Shown: in pieces, positions 12,612-21,627 of the stretch | Numbering within the stretch: position 1 is the stretch's first letter | Layout of the letters: every line of letters starts with the position of its first letter | Source: Alphaproteobacteria bacterium | Lineage (GTDB): Bacteria > Pseudomonadota > Alphaproteobacteria > UBA828 | DNA: 64,000 nt | NCBI GenBank assembly: GCA_963667785.2 | Contig: CAXXMU010000006.1 | Coordinates: 672,001-736,000 of the forward strand | Reading direction: 5' to 3' | Notes under the pieces: generated by a model | The model's input: only the letters and a program-made list of their open reading frames with translations | Told to the model about the DNA's origin: nothing | The model's database searches: none | Made by a program: the position numbers and the translations under genes

Positions 12612-13282
12612 CAGCGGCCCTCCGCGGCGCGTGCCGATGCGAGCTGCCTGATCTCGCCCAGCGCGGAATCGAGGTCGCGCACCTCGGCCCAGCCGACCCG
12701 CATCATCTCGATCGCGGGCTCGTGCAGGTGCGGTAGCGTCGTGCCCGTGCACTCCTCGATCACGATGGGCTTGAAGTCGCGGAACATCGCGTCCTTCGAG
12801 GTGGCCGCGACGCATTGATTGGTGAGCACGCCCGTCATCAGCACCGTCTCCGCCCGCAAGCCCCGCAGGACGACCTCCAGATCGGTGCCGTAGAAGGCGC
12901 TGAGCCGCGTCTTCGCGACGTACCAGTCGTCCTGCTCCGGCTCCAGGTCCGCCAGGACCTCCCAGCCCCAGGTCTCGCGCCTGAGGCCGCCGTCGGCGAG
13001 GAAGGGCCGGAGCTGCATGAACGGCCCGCCGTCGTCCGCGCCCCTGATGCCGTGACGGGTCCAGACGACGGGGATGCGCGCGCGGCGCGCCGCCGCGAGC
13101 AGCGCCTTCAGCGGCTCGATGCAGCGGCGCATGTGGCCGATGTCGATGCCCTTGGCCGCGTACCAGCCATCGGCGTGGAGGAAGTCGTTCTGCGCGTCGA
13201 TCACGACCAGCGCCGTCCGCCCCGGCACGAGGTCCCAGTGCGCCGCCTCGAAGGGCAATGCGTGCGCGTCTTCGTCCGTCAT
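12611..13282 (-). CDS. Isochorismatase-family cysteine hydrolase (RutB-like)
   Basis: ALVVIDAQNDF, KTRLSAFYGT, GVLTNQCVAAT (Asp-Lys-Cys triad). Confidence 0.9.
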   Translation of the reverse strand: MTDEDAHALPFEAAHWDLVPGRTALVVIDAQNDFLHADGWYAAKGIDIGHMRRCIEPLKALLAAARRARIPVVWTRHGIRGADDGGPFMQLRPFLADGGLRRETWGWEVLADLEPEQDDWYVAKTRLSAFYGTDLEVVLRGLRAETVLMTGVLTNQCVAATSKDAMFRDFKPIVIEECTGTTLPHLHEPAIEMMRVGWAEVRDLDSALGEIRQLASARAAEGR

Positions 13283-13408
13283 GGCATCTCGTTCCGATCT
13301 CCGTTGCCGGCGGGCACCGTATCACCCGAGACCCGGAATTGAGAGCCGCGCCATGCCGCCGGCGGCGGCAGGTGCCAGCGGCCCGGAATTGGCGTATTCC
13401 CGACGCCC

Positions 13409-13684
13409 ATGAGGGGCGGTGCAAGGGGCGCGGAAGACGCGGGCCGGACAGGCGGGGGCGCGGGACGGCAGTCCGCAGGCGCCGTCTTCGTGGCCTTCCT
13501 CATGCTGGGGCCCACCTCCTTCGGCGGCCCGGTGGCCCATATCGGCTACTTTCGCGAGGCCTTCGTCGCCGGCTACGGCGCCGCGCAGGCGCTGCCGGGG
13601 CCGCTCTTCACCTTCGCCGCCTAACTTGGCGCGGTGGCGGGCATCGGGCCGGGCGGGGTGCCGGGCGGCCTGCTCTGCCGGTGA
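13409..13684 (+). pseudogene. chrA: Chromate transporter ChrA remnant (internally deleted, premature stop)
   Basis: LGPTSFGGPVAHIGYFREAFV joined directly to AGYGAAQALPGPLFTFAA; after TAA the frame continues LGAVAGIGPGGVPGGLLC. Confidence 0.85.
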
Positions 13685-13800
13685 ACCCGGCAGGCGGTGT
13701 CGCACGGGCTCCGCCGGGGCGCTTACCGCGGGCGGGCACGGCCCGCAGCGACCGGTGGCGTTCCGCAACCGGACAGCGCAGGTCGGAGCCGTCCCTCCCT

Positions 13801-13914
13801 TCAGCTAACCGCGATGGCCAAGGCGATCGTGGCGCCGATTGCCGCGAGAAGCGAAATCAGAATCCATCGGTACGCGCCGGTGCCTCGTTGGACGGCCGCT
13901 CTCGGGAGCCTCAT
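13801..13914 (-). CDS. Possible 37-aa membrane peptide
   Basis: MRLPRAAVQRGTGAYRWILISLLAAIGATIALAIAVS*; GAGG upstream; single hydrophobic helix. Confidence 0.3.
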   Translation of the reverse strand: MRLPRAAVQRGTGAYRWILISLLAAIGATIALAIAVS

Positions 13915-14243
13915 GGCTGTTCAGTCCTCGAATGGTGAGCAGGAATGGTCCCCGACTGCGGCGACCGACGTCATGTCCAGCACAGCGGCGTGAAAAGGGC
14001 CCGATCCCCATGTCGGAGCACTCAGACGTCTTCCTGCCGATCTGGGGCAGTCCGCTTGGGAAGGCGCATGTTATCCATATGTTCCGGATATGGAGCTCGT
14101 GGCCATGGGGTTCAAGGATGCGTCGAGCGGGCGTGGCTTGAGTGGGCCCCATGCCGTGGCGGCAGGACGCCACGGGCAAGGCCGCCCGCCAGCATGAACG
14201 GCCCATCGTACGCCGCCGGCCAACCGGGTGTCGTGGATGTCCG

Positions 14244-14591
14244 TCAGGTGGTCGTGTCGCCGGTTTTCAGCATCTCCGAACAAGCCTTGACGACGTCGGG
14301 ATCGGCTGTTTCTGATCCCACCAGGATGACGGTGAAATTCTCTGCCAACTCGTTGCGGGCGTCGCGCGCCTGGTACCCGGAGAGATCGCTGGCGTCGTTG
14401 CTGGCATGCCGGTGAGCCTTGGCCAACGAGTTGCAAATGGTGGCCTGCCCGTCGATCCAGGCGGTCCGCACCTGATCATCCCTGGAGCCGCTGGTGACGA
14501 CCCAGCCAGTCGCAGAGGCGACGATGGCGACGGCAGCAGCGCCGCCCACGATGCCCAAAACAAACGGTTTAATCCTATCGCGATTGATCAT
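14244..14591 (-). CDS. Hypothetical membrane-anchored protein with two cysteines
   Basis: GGAGG RBS; N-terminal TM (IKPFVLGIVGGAAAVAIV..GWVVT), ATIC and KAC cysteines; lies in lower-GC islet. Confidence 0.7.
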   Translation of the reverse strand: MINRDRIKPFVLGIVGGAAAVAIVASATGWVVTSGSRDDQVRTAWIDGQATICNSLAKAHRHASNDASDLSGYQARDARNELAENFTVILVGSETADPDVVKACSEMLKTGDTTT

Positions 14592-14963
14592 AAATCCTCC
14601 CGTGTGGTTAGTTGATACAATTATGCGAAAAATATCTTACGCACAGAGGGAGCGAATCAGCAAGATGTTTATTTGTAATTTCTCCAAAATAGAGCCATGA
14701 GTACTACGGATTCATGCGATTGTTTCATGAAATCAAGGAGATGGCTTCTAAAAAATATTTTCCGGTCCAGTGTTTTATTGATCTTTTTCGCAGTAGATCA
14801 CAGCTCCACGTCGAGAGCCGTTCAGCAGCGGGGTGATCGCGGAGTGGCCCTTCAGAATTTCTTGCACCGCCGGCAGGACCGGACCGTCACGAAGACGGCC
14901 AATCGCTTCTCCTCCATCCGACGATGCTGTCGCAGCGGTGCACCGGCGACGAGTCGCAAAGAG

Positions 14964-15056
14964 ATCGTGCTGCTGGTTTTCTGGAAGGTGCCGCCCTGGG
15001 CCGTGGTGATCCGGGGCGCGCTGGCGGGCCGGGGGATCGGTGCGCTCGCCGGCTGA
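14964..15056 (+). pseudogene. chrA: ChrA C-terminal fragment
   Basis: IVLLVFWKVPPWAVVIRGALAG matches the typical ChrA terminal WKxPPWxVV segment; same strand as the 13409 remnant. Confidence 0.7.
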
Positions 15057-16332
15057 GCCGCCCGTGGCAGGCGGCGGGGCGCTGTGGCGGCTGCAGCCGC
15101 TCACCGCCATCGTGATCTGCTTCGGCGCGGTCTTCGTGCTGAGCCAGTTCTTCCGCGCCTCCAACGCCGTCATCGCGAAGACGCTGAGCGCCGAGTTCGG
15201 CCTTTCGCCGGAAGCGCTCGGCCTGCTCACCGGGCTGTTCTTCCTCTCCTTCGGCGCAGCCCAGATCCCGGTGGGCATGCTGTTCGACCGTTTCGGCGCA
15301 CGCCGCACGGTGCCCGTGGTGCTCACCGCCGCGATCGCGGGCTCGCTTCTCTACGGCATGGCCGACGGCGAGGCGATGCTGATGGCAGGGCGCTTGCTGC
15401 TGGGCGTCGGCTGCTCGGGCGTGCTCATGGGCTCGCTCTTCCTCTTCGGCCAGTGGGCGCCCGCGGCCGCCTTTAGCACCTGGATGGGACGGATGATCGC
15501 GATCGGCGGCGCCGGCGGGCTGCTGTCGACGACGCCGCTCGCCGCGGTTGCGGAGACGCTCGGCTGGCGCACGGCCTTCTGGGGCGCGGCGGGGCTGACC
15601 GCGGCAGGCGCCATCGCGATCTATGCGATGGCGCGGGACCGGCCGGCAGGCGGAGCGCACGGCTCGGCGGGCGCCGAGGGGCTCGCCGGCAGCCTGCGGG
15701 GCGTGCGCGCGGCACTGGCGACGCCGGGCTTCCCCACGCTCACCCTGATGGGGTTCTCGTCCTATCCGGTCGTCATCACGGTGCTCGGCCTCTGGGGCGG
15801 ACCCTTCCTCGAGGACCGCCACGGGCTCGGGCCGGTCGCGGTCGGCAACGCCCTGCTGGTGATGGCGGCGGTGCTGATCGTCGCCAACCTGGCACTGGGT
15901 CCGCTGGAGCGGCGGATGGACACGCGCAAGGGCCTCATCCTCGCCTGCGCCGCCGCCGTCGTCCTCGCGCTTGGGCTGCTCGCCGCGCTGCCGGGGCTCG
16001 CCACCTGGGCGGTGATTCTCCTCTTCGCCGTCATCGGCGGCTGCGGCTCCTACAACATCATCCTCGCGGGCCATGCGCGCTCGCTGCTGCCCGACCGGCT
16101 CGCCGGGCGCGGCATGGCGCTGATGGCGATCGCCTTCATGGGCGGGCCGGCGGTGCTGCAGGCGCTGGGAGGCGTGATCGTCGGCGCCTTCCCCGCCACC
16201 GACGGCGTCGCACCGGCGCTGGCCTACCAGGCGCTCTTCGCCTTCCTCGCCGCGCTGGTGGCGCTGGCGTGCGTGGCCTATGTGCGCTTGCCCGACGCGA
16301 AGCCGAGCGCGGGCTTCGCCGCGGAGAGCTGA
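15040..16332 (+). CDS. MFS transporter
   Basis: QIPVGMLFDRFGARR (MFS motif A); about 12 hydrophobic segments. Confidence 0.9.
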   Translation: MRSPAEPPVAGGGALWRLQPLTAIVICFGAVFVLSQFFRASNAVIAKTLSAEFGLSPEALGLLTGLFFLSFGAAQIPVGMLFDRFGARRTVPVVLTAAIAGSLLYGMADGEAMLMAGRLLLGVGCSGVLMGSLFLFGQWAPAAAFSTWMGRMIAIGGAGGLLSTTPLAAVAETLGWRTAFWGAAGLTAAGAIAIYAMARDRPAGGAHGSAGAEGLAGSLRGVRAALATPGFPTLTLMGFSSYPVVITVLGLWGGPFLEDRHGLGPVAVGNALLVMAAVLIVANLALGPLERRMDTRKGLILACAAAVVLALGLLAALPGLATWAVILLFAVIGGCGSYNIILAGHARSLLPDRLAGRGMALMAIAFMGGPAVLQALGGVIVGAFPATDGVAPALAYQALFAFLAALVALACVAYVRLPDAKPSAGFAAES

Positions 16333-16373
16333 CGCCCCAGCCGGACGGCTATTCGCGAAAGACGGAGTACCCG

Positions 16374-17492
16374 CTAGTCGAGCACCGCGGCGAGCGCCTC
16401 CACGCAGCTCCGGCCGAGGCGGCGACAGCGCGCGGGCGACCAGCCGTGGCGGGGGTCGGGCGCGTTCGCCGCGTCCTTGAAGGGCTGCTCCAGGGTCATG
16501 GCGAGGCAGCCATGGGTCTCCGCCACGTAGTTGGCGCAGATGCCGAGATTGGCCTTGCCGGGCGGGGTCGGCGGATAGCCGCGGGCGGTCTGGAAGTCGG
16601 CGTTGGCCGCCACCAGCGCCTCGCAGAAGCGCGCCTGCCGGCCTGCGAGCGCGTGCGAATAGGAGGGGATGCCCTCGGGCCCGGCGATGAAGGCGTAGGG
16701 CAGCCCCTCGTCGCCGTGCACGTCGATGCAGACATCGACGCCGGTCCGCGTCATCTCCGCACGCACGAGGAAGACCTCGGGGCTCTCCTCCATGCTGGGC
16801 GCGGCCCAGGCGCGGTTGAGGTTGACGCCCGCCGCGTTGGTCCTGAGATGGCCGCGCCGGCTGCCGTCGGGGTTCATGTTGGGCACCACGCGGAACCGCG
16901 CCCTCTCCAGCGCCGCGCTAGCGGCAGCGTCGAGCGGATCCAGCAGCCGGTCGAGAAATCCCTCCATCCACCACTCGGCCATGGTCTCGCCGGGATGCTG
17001 GCGGCCGATGATCCAGCAGGTGCGCTCCCGCTCGCCGCCGACCTCCAGCAGGTCGAGCCGTGCGCCGTCGAGAGTGGTGCCGAGCGGGCGCGCGTCGACG
17101 ACGGGCGACTTGCCTGCGCGCGCGATCAGCGCGTCGTGGCGGGCCATCGAGTAGGGGGCGAAATAGGCGAACCGCACCTCGTCTCCCGCCGGGCGGTGGC
17201 GGATGGTGAGCACGCGCCCGTCATAGTCGGTGGCGACGCGCGGCCAGTCCGCGCCGTCCTCCGAGGCGACGGCGCGATAGCCGTTCCAGCCCTCGGGATA
17301 GGTGGCGCCGCCGGCATTCTCGATCCGCAGCACGCAGTCCTTGCCGGCGGCGCCGGTGAGCCGGAAGTAGAACCACTGGAAGAACTCGCCGCCCGCGTCC
17401 GGCACGATCTCCAGCCTGACGTTACCGGGTGCGGACGCCTCGAGGCAGCGGATGTTGCCGCCGTCGAAGTCGCTGTCGATCGCGAGGCTCAC
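16374..17492 (-). CDS. M14 zinc carboxypeptidase (cytosolic carboxypeptidase-like)
   Basis: FDGGNI, QWFYF, RQHPGE, PNMNPDG, NLNR, DVHGDE. Confidence 0.92.
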   Translation of the reverse strand: MSLAIDSDFDGGNIRCLEASAPGNVRLEIVPDAGGEFFQWFYFRLTGAAGKDCVLRIENAGGATYPEGWNGYRAVASEDGADWPRVATDYDGRVLTIRHRPAGDEVRFAYFAPYSMARHDALIARAGKSPVVDARPLGTTLDGARLDLLEVGGERERTCWIIGRQHPGETMAEWWMEGFLDRLLDPLDAAASAALERARFRVVPNMNPDGSRRGHLRTNAAGVNLNRAWAAPSMEESPEVFLVRAEMTRTGVDVCIDVHGDEGLPYAFIAGPEGIPSYSHALAGRQARFCEALVAANADFQTARGYPPTPPGKANLGICANYVAETHGCLAMTLEQPFKDAANAPDPRHGWSPARCRRLGRSCVEALAAVLD

Positions 17493-17516
17493 GGCCGGCC
17501 CCGCTGCGGGCCGGTA

Positions 17517-18800
17517 TCAGGTCGCATAGTCGGAGGCGCCGCGCCCAGCCGCCGTGAGCCCGCCCGCGCGTACCGCGGCCGCGACCTCGGCGAGGTCGGC
17601 GAGATAGGCCTCGATGCTCTGCGCATGCTTCGTGTTGAGCCAGAGCAGGATCGCTTCCGGCGCGCGCATGCGGATGGAGCGCCAGCCGCGCGCCGCCATC
17701 CCCTCCTCCACCGCGTAGATATCGAAGCCGTCGGCGTAGAAGCTGACGTGCAGCGCGTGCGGGCGGCCGAGCACGACGAGCCCCTCGATCGCGCCGATGC
17801 CGTCCACCAGCCGGTCGCGGATCCGCTTCTGCGCCGCGTGGATGCGCAGGAAGCCCTCCTCCCCCAGATGGGTCATCACCGCCCAGGCGCTGGCGACGCC
17901 GCCGCCCGAGCGGGTGCCGGTGATGGTGGGCGTCGAATAGAGGCCGGCGGGCCAGCCGTCGCAGCTGGTGCGGTGGTAGCGATCCAGCCCGGCGTCGCGC
18001 AGCAGGCAGAGCGAGATTCCCTTGTTGGCGTAGCCGAACTTGTGCATGTCCACCGACATCGAGGTGACGCCGGGAACGGCGAAGTCGAAGGGCGGGATTG
18101 CATCGCCCAGCGCCTTCATGAAGGGCAGGATCATGCCGCCGATGCAGCCGTCCGAGTGCATCCAGAGATCGTGCTCCCGCGCGATCTGCGCGATCTCCTC
18201 GATGGGGTCGGTCTCGCCGTAGGGATAGGGCGGCGCGGAGCCCGCGATCATGACGGTGTTCTCCGAGATCGCGGCAGCCATGCCGGCCACGTCGGCGCGC
18301 CAGTCCTCGCTCCGTTCCATGCGGACGACCCGCATGCCGAGCCATGCCGCGCCCTTGTCGAAGGCGGCGTGCGCGGTCTGCGGCACCACCACCTCGGGCG
18401 GGCCTGCGACCGGGCGGTGCGCCTCAGCCCAGTCGCGTGCGGCCTTCATGGCCATGAGGATGCTCTCGGTGCCGCCTGCGGTGGCGGAGCCGCCGGCGCC
18501 CTCCGGCGCGTGCAGCAGGTCTAGCACGCCCGCGATCAGCTCGCGCTCGCGCGCCGCCAGGCTCGGATAGGCGCTGGCGGCAAAGAGGCCGTTCTCCGCC
18601 CGGTAGGCGTCGTAGGCCTCGTCGGCGCAGCGCAGCACGTCCTCGCCGGCGAAGTAGGCGGCAGTGAAGCTCCGCTCGTGACACCAGGGCTTGTCGCCCT
18701 CACGCGCAGACAGCATCTCGGCCTTGAGCGAATCCCACGGCCGGCCTGCCTGGGGGAACCCCCGGTTCCGTCGCGTCTCGCCCGCCGCCCCTGCCGCCAT
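17517..18800 (-). CDS. PLP-dependent group II decarboxylase, sphingosine-1-phosphate lyase-like
   Basis: AGGTESILMAMKAARD, AHAAFDK, HSDGCIGG, SVDMHKFGY (PLP lysine); start reset to ATG 18800 after GGAGGAG. Confidence 0.85.
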   Translation of the reverse strand: MAAGAAGETRRNRGFPQAGRPWDSLKAEMLSAREGDKPWCHERSFTAAYFAGEDVLRCADEAYDAYRAENGLFAASAYPSLAARERELIAGVLDLLHAPEGAGGSATAGGTESILMAMKAARDWAEAHRPVAGPPEVVVPQTAHAAFDKGAAWLGMRVVRMERSEDWRADVAGMAAAISENTVMIAGSAPPYPYGETDPIEEIAQIAREHDLWMHSDGCIGGMILPFMKALGDAIPPFDFAVPGVTSMSVDMHKFGYANKGISLCLLRDAGLDRYHRTSCDGWPAGLYSTPTITGTRSGGGVASAWAVMTHLGEEGFLRIHAAQKRIRDRLVDGIGAIEGLVVLGRPHALHVSFYADGFDIYAVEEGMAARGWRSIRMRAPEAILLWLNTKHAQSIEAYLADLAEVAAAVRAGGLTAAGRGASDYAT

Positions 18801-18969
18801 CGTCTCCTCCCGCCGCTTGCTGCGGCGATACCGCCAACCGGCTCCGAGACATATCAGATCGGCGCCCGGATGGAAGGGGGGACGCGGTTGAGGAACGGCG
18901 GGCGCGCTGGCTACGATGCGATCCAGCCCATCCGGCGCCGCGGTGGGTGCACACACGGGGAGAGAGACG

Positions 18970-19779
18970 ATGCGGGCACGGTTCCCGATTCTCTGTATTG
19001 CACTCGGCCTGCTGCTGGCGGCGTCCGCCGGACGCGCGGCGGAGATGCCGCCCGTCGGCGACCTGAAGGCGCTCATGGGACCGCCGCCCGGCAAGGTGAC
19101 GGTCTACGAGCCTCATCTCAGCGTGGGCGACGAGCATGTTGCGGTGGACTACGTCGGCTACCGGGCCGAGCACGTATTGGCCGAACTCTTCGGCATCCGT
19201 TGGTCGAGCCTCGGCGAGACGGTGGAGTTTCGGGCGCTCGACGGCTACGTCTCCCGCATCGACGTCGAACGCTTCCTCGACGAGGACGCCTTCATCGTCT
19301 TCGCGCGCCGGGACGGCGCCCCCTTCACCGTCGACAACCTCGCGCAGAACGAGACCGGCGTGCCGCTCGGCCCCTACTACCTGGTCTGGGACAACATCGG
19401 GAACCCGGCGCTGCTGGAGGAGGGCGCGCGCAACTGGCCCTATCAGGTGGCCGAGGTGGACGTCGTCAACCTCTCCGACGCCGCCCTGCTTCCGCAAGGG
19501 CTCGACGCCCGCTTTCGCGAAGGCGCCGCATTGGCCAAGACCCACTGCCTGACCTGCCACATGGTGAACGGCTATGGTGGCGAGAAGCACGAGGGCAACC
19601 TGGCCGAGATCGCCAAGGACTACGAGGAGGCGGAGTTCGTGGGCCTCGTCCTGGAGCCGCTCTCGGTGTTCGACGAGACGACCATGCCGCCGCTCTCCGA
19701 CCGCCTGGCCGAGGACGAGCGCGCGCGCATCGCGACGGCGCTCTTCGAGTATCTCGCGGCCCTGCCGGTCTTGCCGTAG
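18970..19779 (+). CDS. Secreted c-type cytochrome with N-terminal molybdopterin-oxidoreductase-like domain
   Basis: Signal peptide; ALDGY, GPYYLVW, WPYQV; CLTCH heme motif and distal TTMPP. Confidence 0.75.
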   Translation: MRARFPILCIALGLLLAASAGRAAEMPPVGDLKALMGPPPGKVTVYEPHLSVGDEHVAVDYVGYRAEHVLAELFGIRWSSLGETVEFRALDGYVSRIDVERFLDEDAFIVFARRDGAPFTVDNLAQNETGVPLGPYYLVWDNIGNPALLEEGARNWPYQVAEVDVVNLSDAALLPQGLDARFREGAALAKTHCLTCHMVNGYGGEKHEGNLAEIAKDYEEAEFVGLVLEPLSVFDETTMPPLSDRLAEDERARIATALFEYLAALPVLP

Positions 19780-19850
19780 CGGGCGCTCCGCTCTCAGACT
19801 CGTCGCACGTCGCGCTAAGGCGACCCAGAGGCACGGGGGACTCCGATCCG

Positions 19851-20480
19851 GTGCACAGCAATCCCGCCTTCCGGCGCGTCTCCCGAGATCGCAACCTGAG
19901 ATTCACGGCGCAACGGGGGTTCGGCGTCCTGGCCATCGACGGCGGGGGCCCTCTCGTCAGCCACGTTCCGTTCGTCCTGGCCGAAGACGGGACGGCGGTT
20001 CACGCCCATCTCGTCCGCTCGAATCCGATCGCGCGCCGCCTGCGAGAGCAGGAGCGGGCGGCCGTGCTCGCGGTCAGCGGACCGGACAGCTACATCTCAC
20101 CGGACTGGTACGGCGCCGACGCGGTAGATCAGGTCCCGACGTGGAACTACGTGGCCGTGCATATCCGGGGCACGCTCCGCCGCCGCGCCGACGAGACGCT
20201 CCGCGCCCACCTGGACGCGCTGTCGGCCCGGTTCGAGAGCGAGCTTCGGCCCAAGCCGCTGTGGATGCCCTCGAAGGTATCGCCGGACCAGCTTGGCAAG
20301 CTGATGCGCTCGATCATGCCGGTGAAACTCGCCGTGGAGAGCGTGGAGGGCACCTGGAAGCTCAATCAGAACAAGGACGAGGGCTCCCGTCTGCGGGCCG
20401 CCCGGCATGTCGAGCGCGACGGCTACGGGCAAGAGGCCGCTTCTCTCGCCCTGCTGATGCGCAACCCGCCGGAGAGTTGA
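19851..20480 (+). CDS. FMN-binding PaiB-family protein
   Basis: SHVPF, HLVRSNP, GPDSYISPDWY, VPTWNYVAVH, WKLNQNK. Confidence 0.9.
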   Translation: MHSNPAFRRVSRDRNLRFTAQRGFGVLAIDGGGPLVSHVPFVLAEDGTAVHAHLVRSNPIARRLREQERAAVLAVSGPDSYISPDWYGADAVDQVPTWNYVAVHIRGTLRRRADETLRAHLDALSARFESELRPKPLWMPSKVSPDQLGKLMRSIMPVKLAVESVEGTWKLNQNKDEGSRLRAARHVERDGYGQEAASLALLMRNPPES

Positions 20481-20493
20481 GCGGCCGCACTTC

Positions 20494-20988
20494 CTAAGGC
20501 GCGACGGCGATCTCCGCGCTGACGGTGCCGCCGGTCAGGCGTTCCAGCTCGCCCAGCGTCGTCGCGAAGACGCAGTGGGGGTGGCCGGCGGCGGCGTAGA
20601 CGGTCTCGAAGCGGCCGAGGCTCACATCGATCGCCACCGCAAGCGGCGTCTCGTGGGCCACGGGCGCGACCCCGCCGATGGAGAACCCCGTGGCGGCGCG
20701 GACCGCATCGGCATCGGCGCGGCGCACCTTCCCCTCGCGCCCGAGCGCGCGCCCCAGCGCTGCCGCGTCGCAGCGGCGGTCGCCCGCGACCAGCGCCATC
20801 ACCGGCGCGCCGCCTGCGGTGAAGACCAGCGACTTCACGATGCTGCCCAAGGGCGTGCCGATGCTGGCTGCGGCGTCCTCGGCGCTGCGGGCGGTGCTGC
20901 TGAGCGCGATCACCTGCGCGCTCGAGCCTGCGGCCGCGAGCGCCGCCTGCACCCGGCGCACCGCCGGATGGGCCAGGGGGTCCGCCAC
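20494..20988 (-). CDS. YbaK/EbsC aminoacyl-tRNA deacylase family protein
   Basis: IVKSLVF, TGFSIGGVAP, YAAAGHPH. Confidence 0.9.
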   Translation of the reverse strand: MADPLAHPAVRRVQAALAAAGSSAQVIALSSTARSAEDAAASIGTPLGSIVKSLVFTAGGAPVMALVAGDRRCDAAALGRALGREGKVRRADADAVRAATGFSIGGVAPVAHETPLAVAIDVSLGRFETVYAAAGHPHCVFATTLGELERLTGGTVSAEIAVAP

Positions 20989-20998
20989 GCGCGGGCCC

Positions 20999-21616
20999 TT
21001 ACTGCGGGACCTTGAGCCCCCGCTGCACCGCGGGCCGCGCGCCGATGGTCTCGAACCAGCGGTGCAGGTTGGGGTGGTCGGCCCAGTCGATGCCGTGCCA
21101 CTCCCAGCGCGCGACCCAGCCGAAGCAGGCGATGTCGGCGACGGAGTAGGCGCCGGCGAGGAAGTCGCGCTCGGCCAGCCGGCGGTCCATCACGCCGTAG
21201 AGCCGGTGCGCCTCCTTGGTGTAGCGCTCGATCGCATAGGGCACCTCCTCGCTCGCGAAGCGGCGGAAATGGTTGGCCTGGCCGAACATCGGCCCGACGC
21301 CCCCCATCTGGAACATGAGCCACTCGATCACCTGCCAGCGCCCGCGCGCGTCGTCGGGGATCAGCCGGCCGGTCTTGTCCGCGAGGTAGAGCAGGATCGC
21401 GCCCGATTCGAAGAGCGAGATCGGCGCGCCGTCCGGCCCGTCGGGATCGACGATCGCCGGGATCTTGTTGTTGGGGCTGATCTCGAGGAACGCGGGCTCG
21501 AACTGCTCGTCCGCCAGGATGTTGACGGGATGCACCCGATAGGGGAGCTCCACCTCCTCCAGCATGATGGAGGCCTTGAAGCCGTTGGGCGTGCCCCAGG
21601 TGTAGAGGTCGATCAT
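20999..21616 (-). CDS. Glutathione S-transferase (YfcG-like)
   Basis: TPNG, SPNNKIPAIVD, FESGAILLYLA. Confidence 0.92.
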   Translation of the reverse strand: MIDLYTWGTPNGFKASIMLEEVELPYRVHPVNILADEQFEPAFLEISPNNKIPAIVDPDGPDGAPISLFESGAILLYLADKTGRLIPDDARGRWQVIEWLMFQMGGVGPMFGQANHFRRFASEEVPYAIERYTKEAHRLYGVMDRRLAERDFLAGAYSVADIACFGWVARWEWHGIDWADHPNLHRWFETIGARPAVQRGLKVPQ

Positions 21617-21627
21617 GTCCGCTCCCC

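Noticed and set aside
10164-13424. Apparent 1086-aa fusion protein
   Set aside because: The first ~270 aa are an alternate frame over the cysteine hydrolase gene; the real start is 12611
14580-14800. FNR/FixK boxes in the AT-rich islet
   Set aside because: TTGAT and ATCAA half-sites occur but none form TTGAT-N4-ATCAA
18678-20480. Apparent 600-aa PaiB fusion
   Set aside because: The upstream part overlaps the cytochrome c gene out of frame; the PaiB domain starts at 19851
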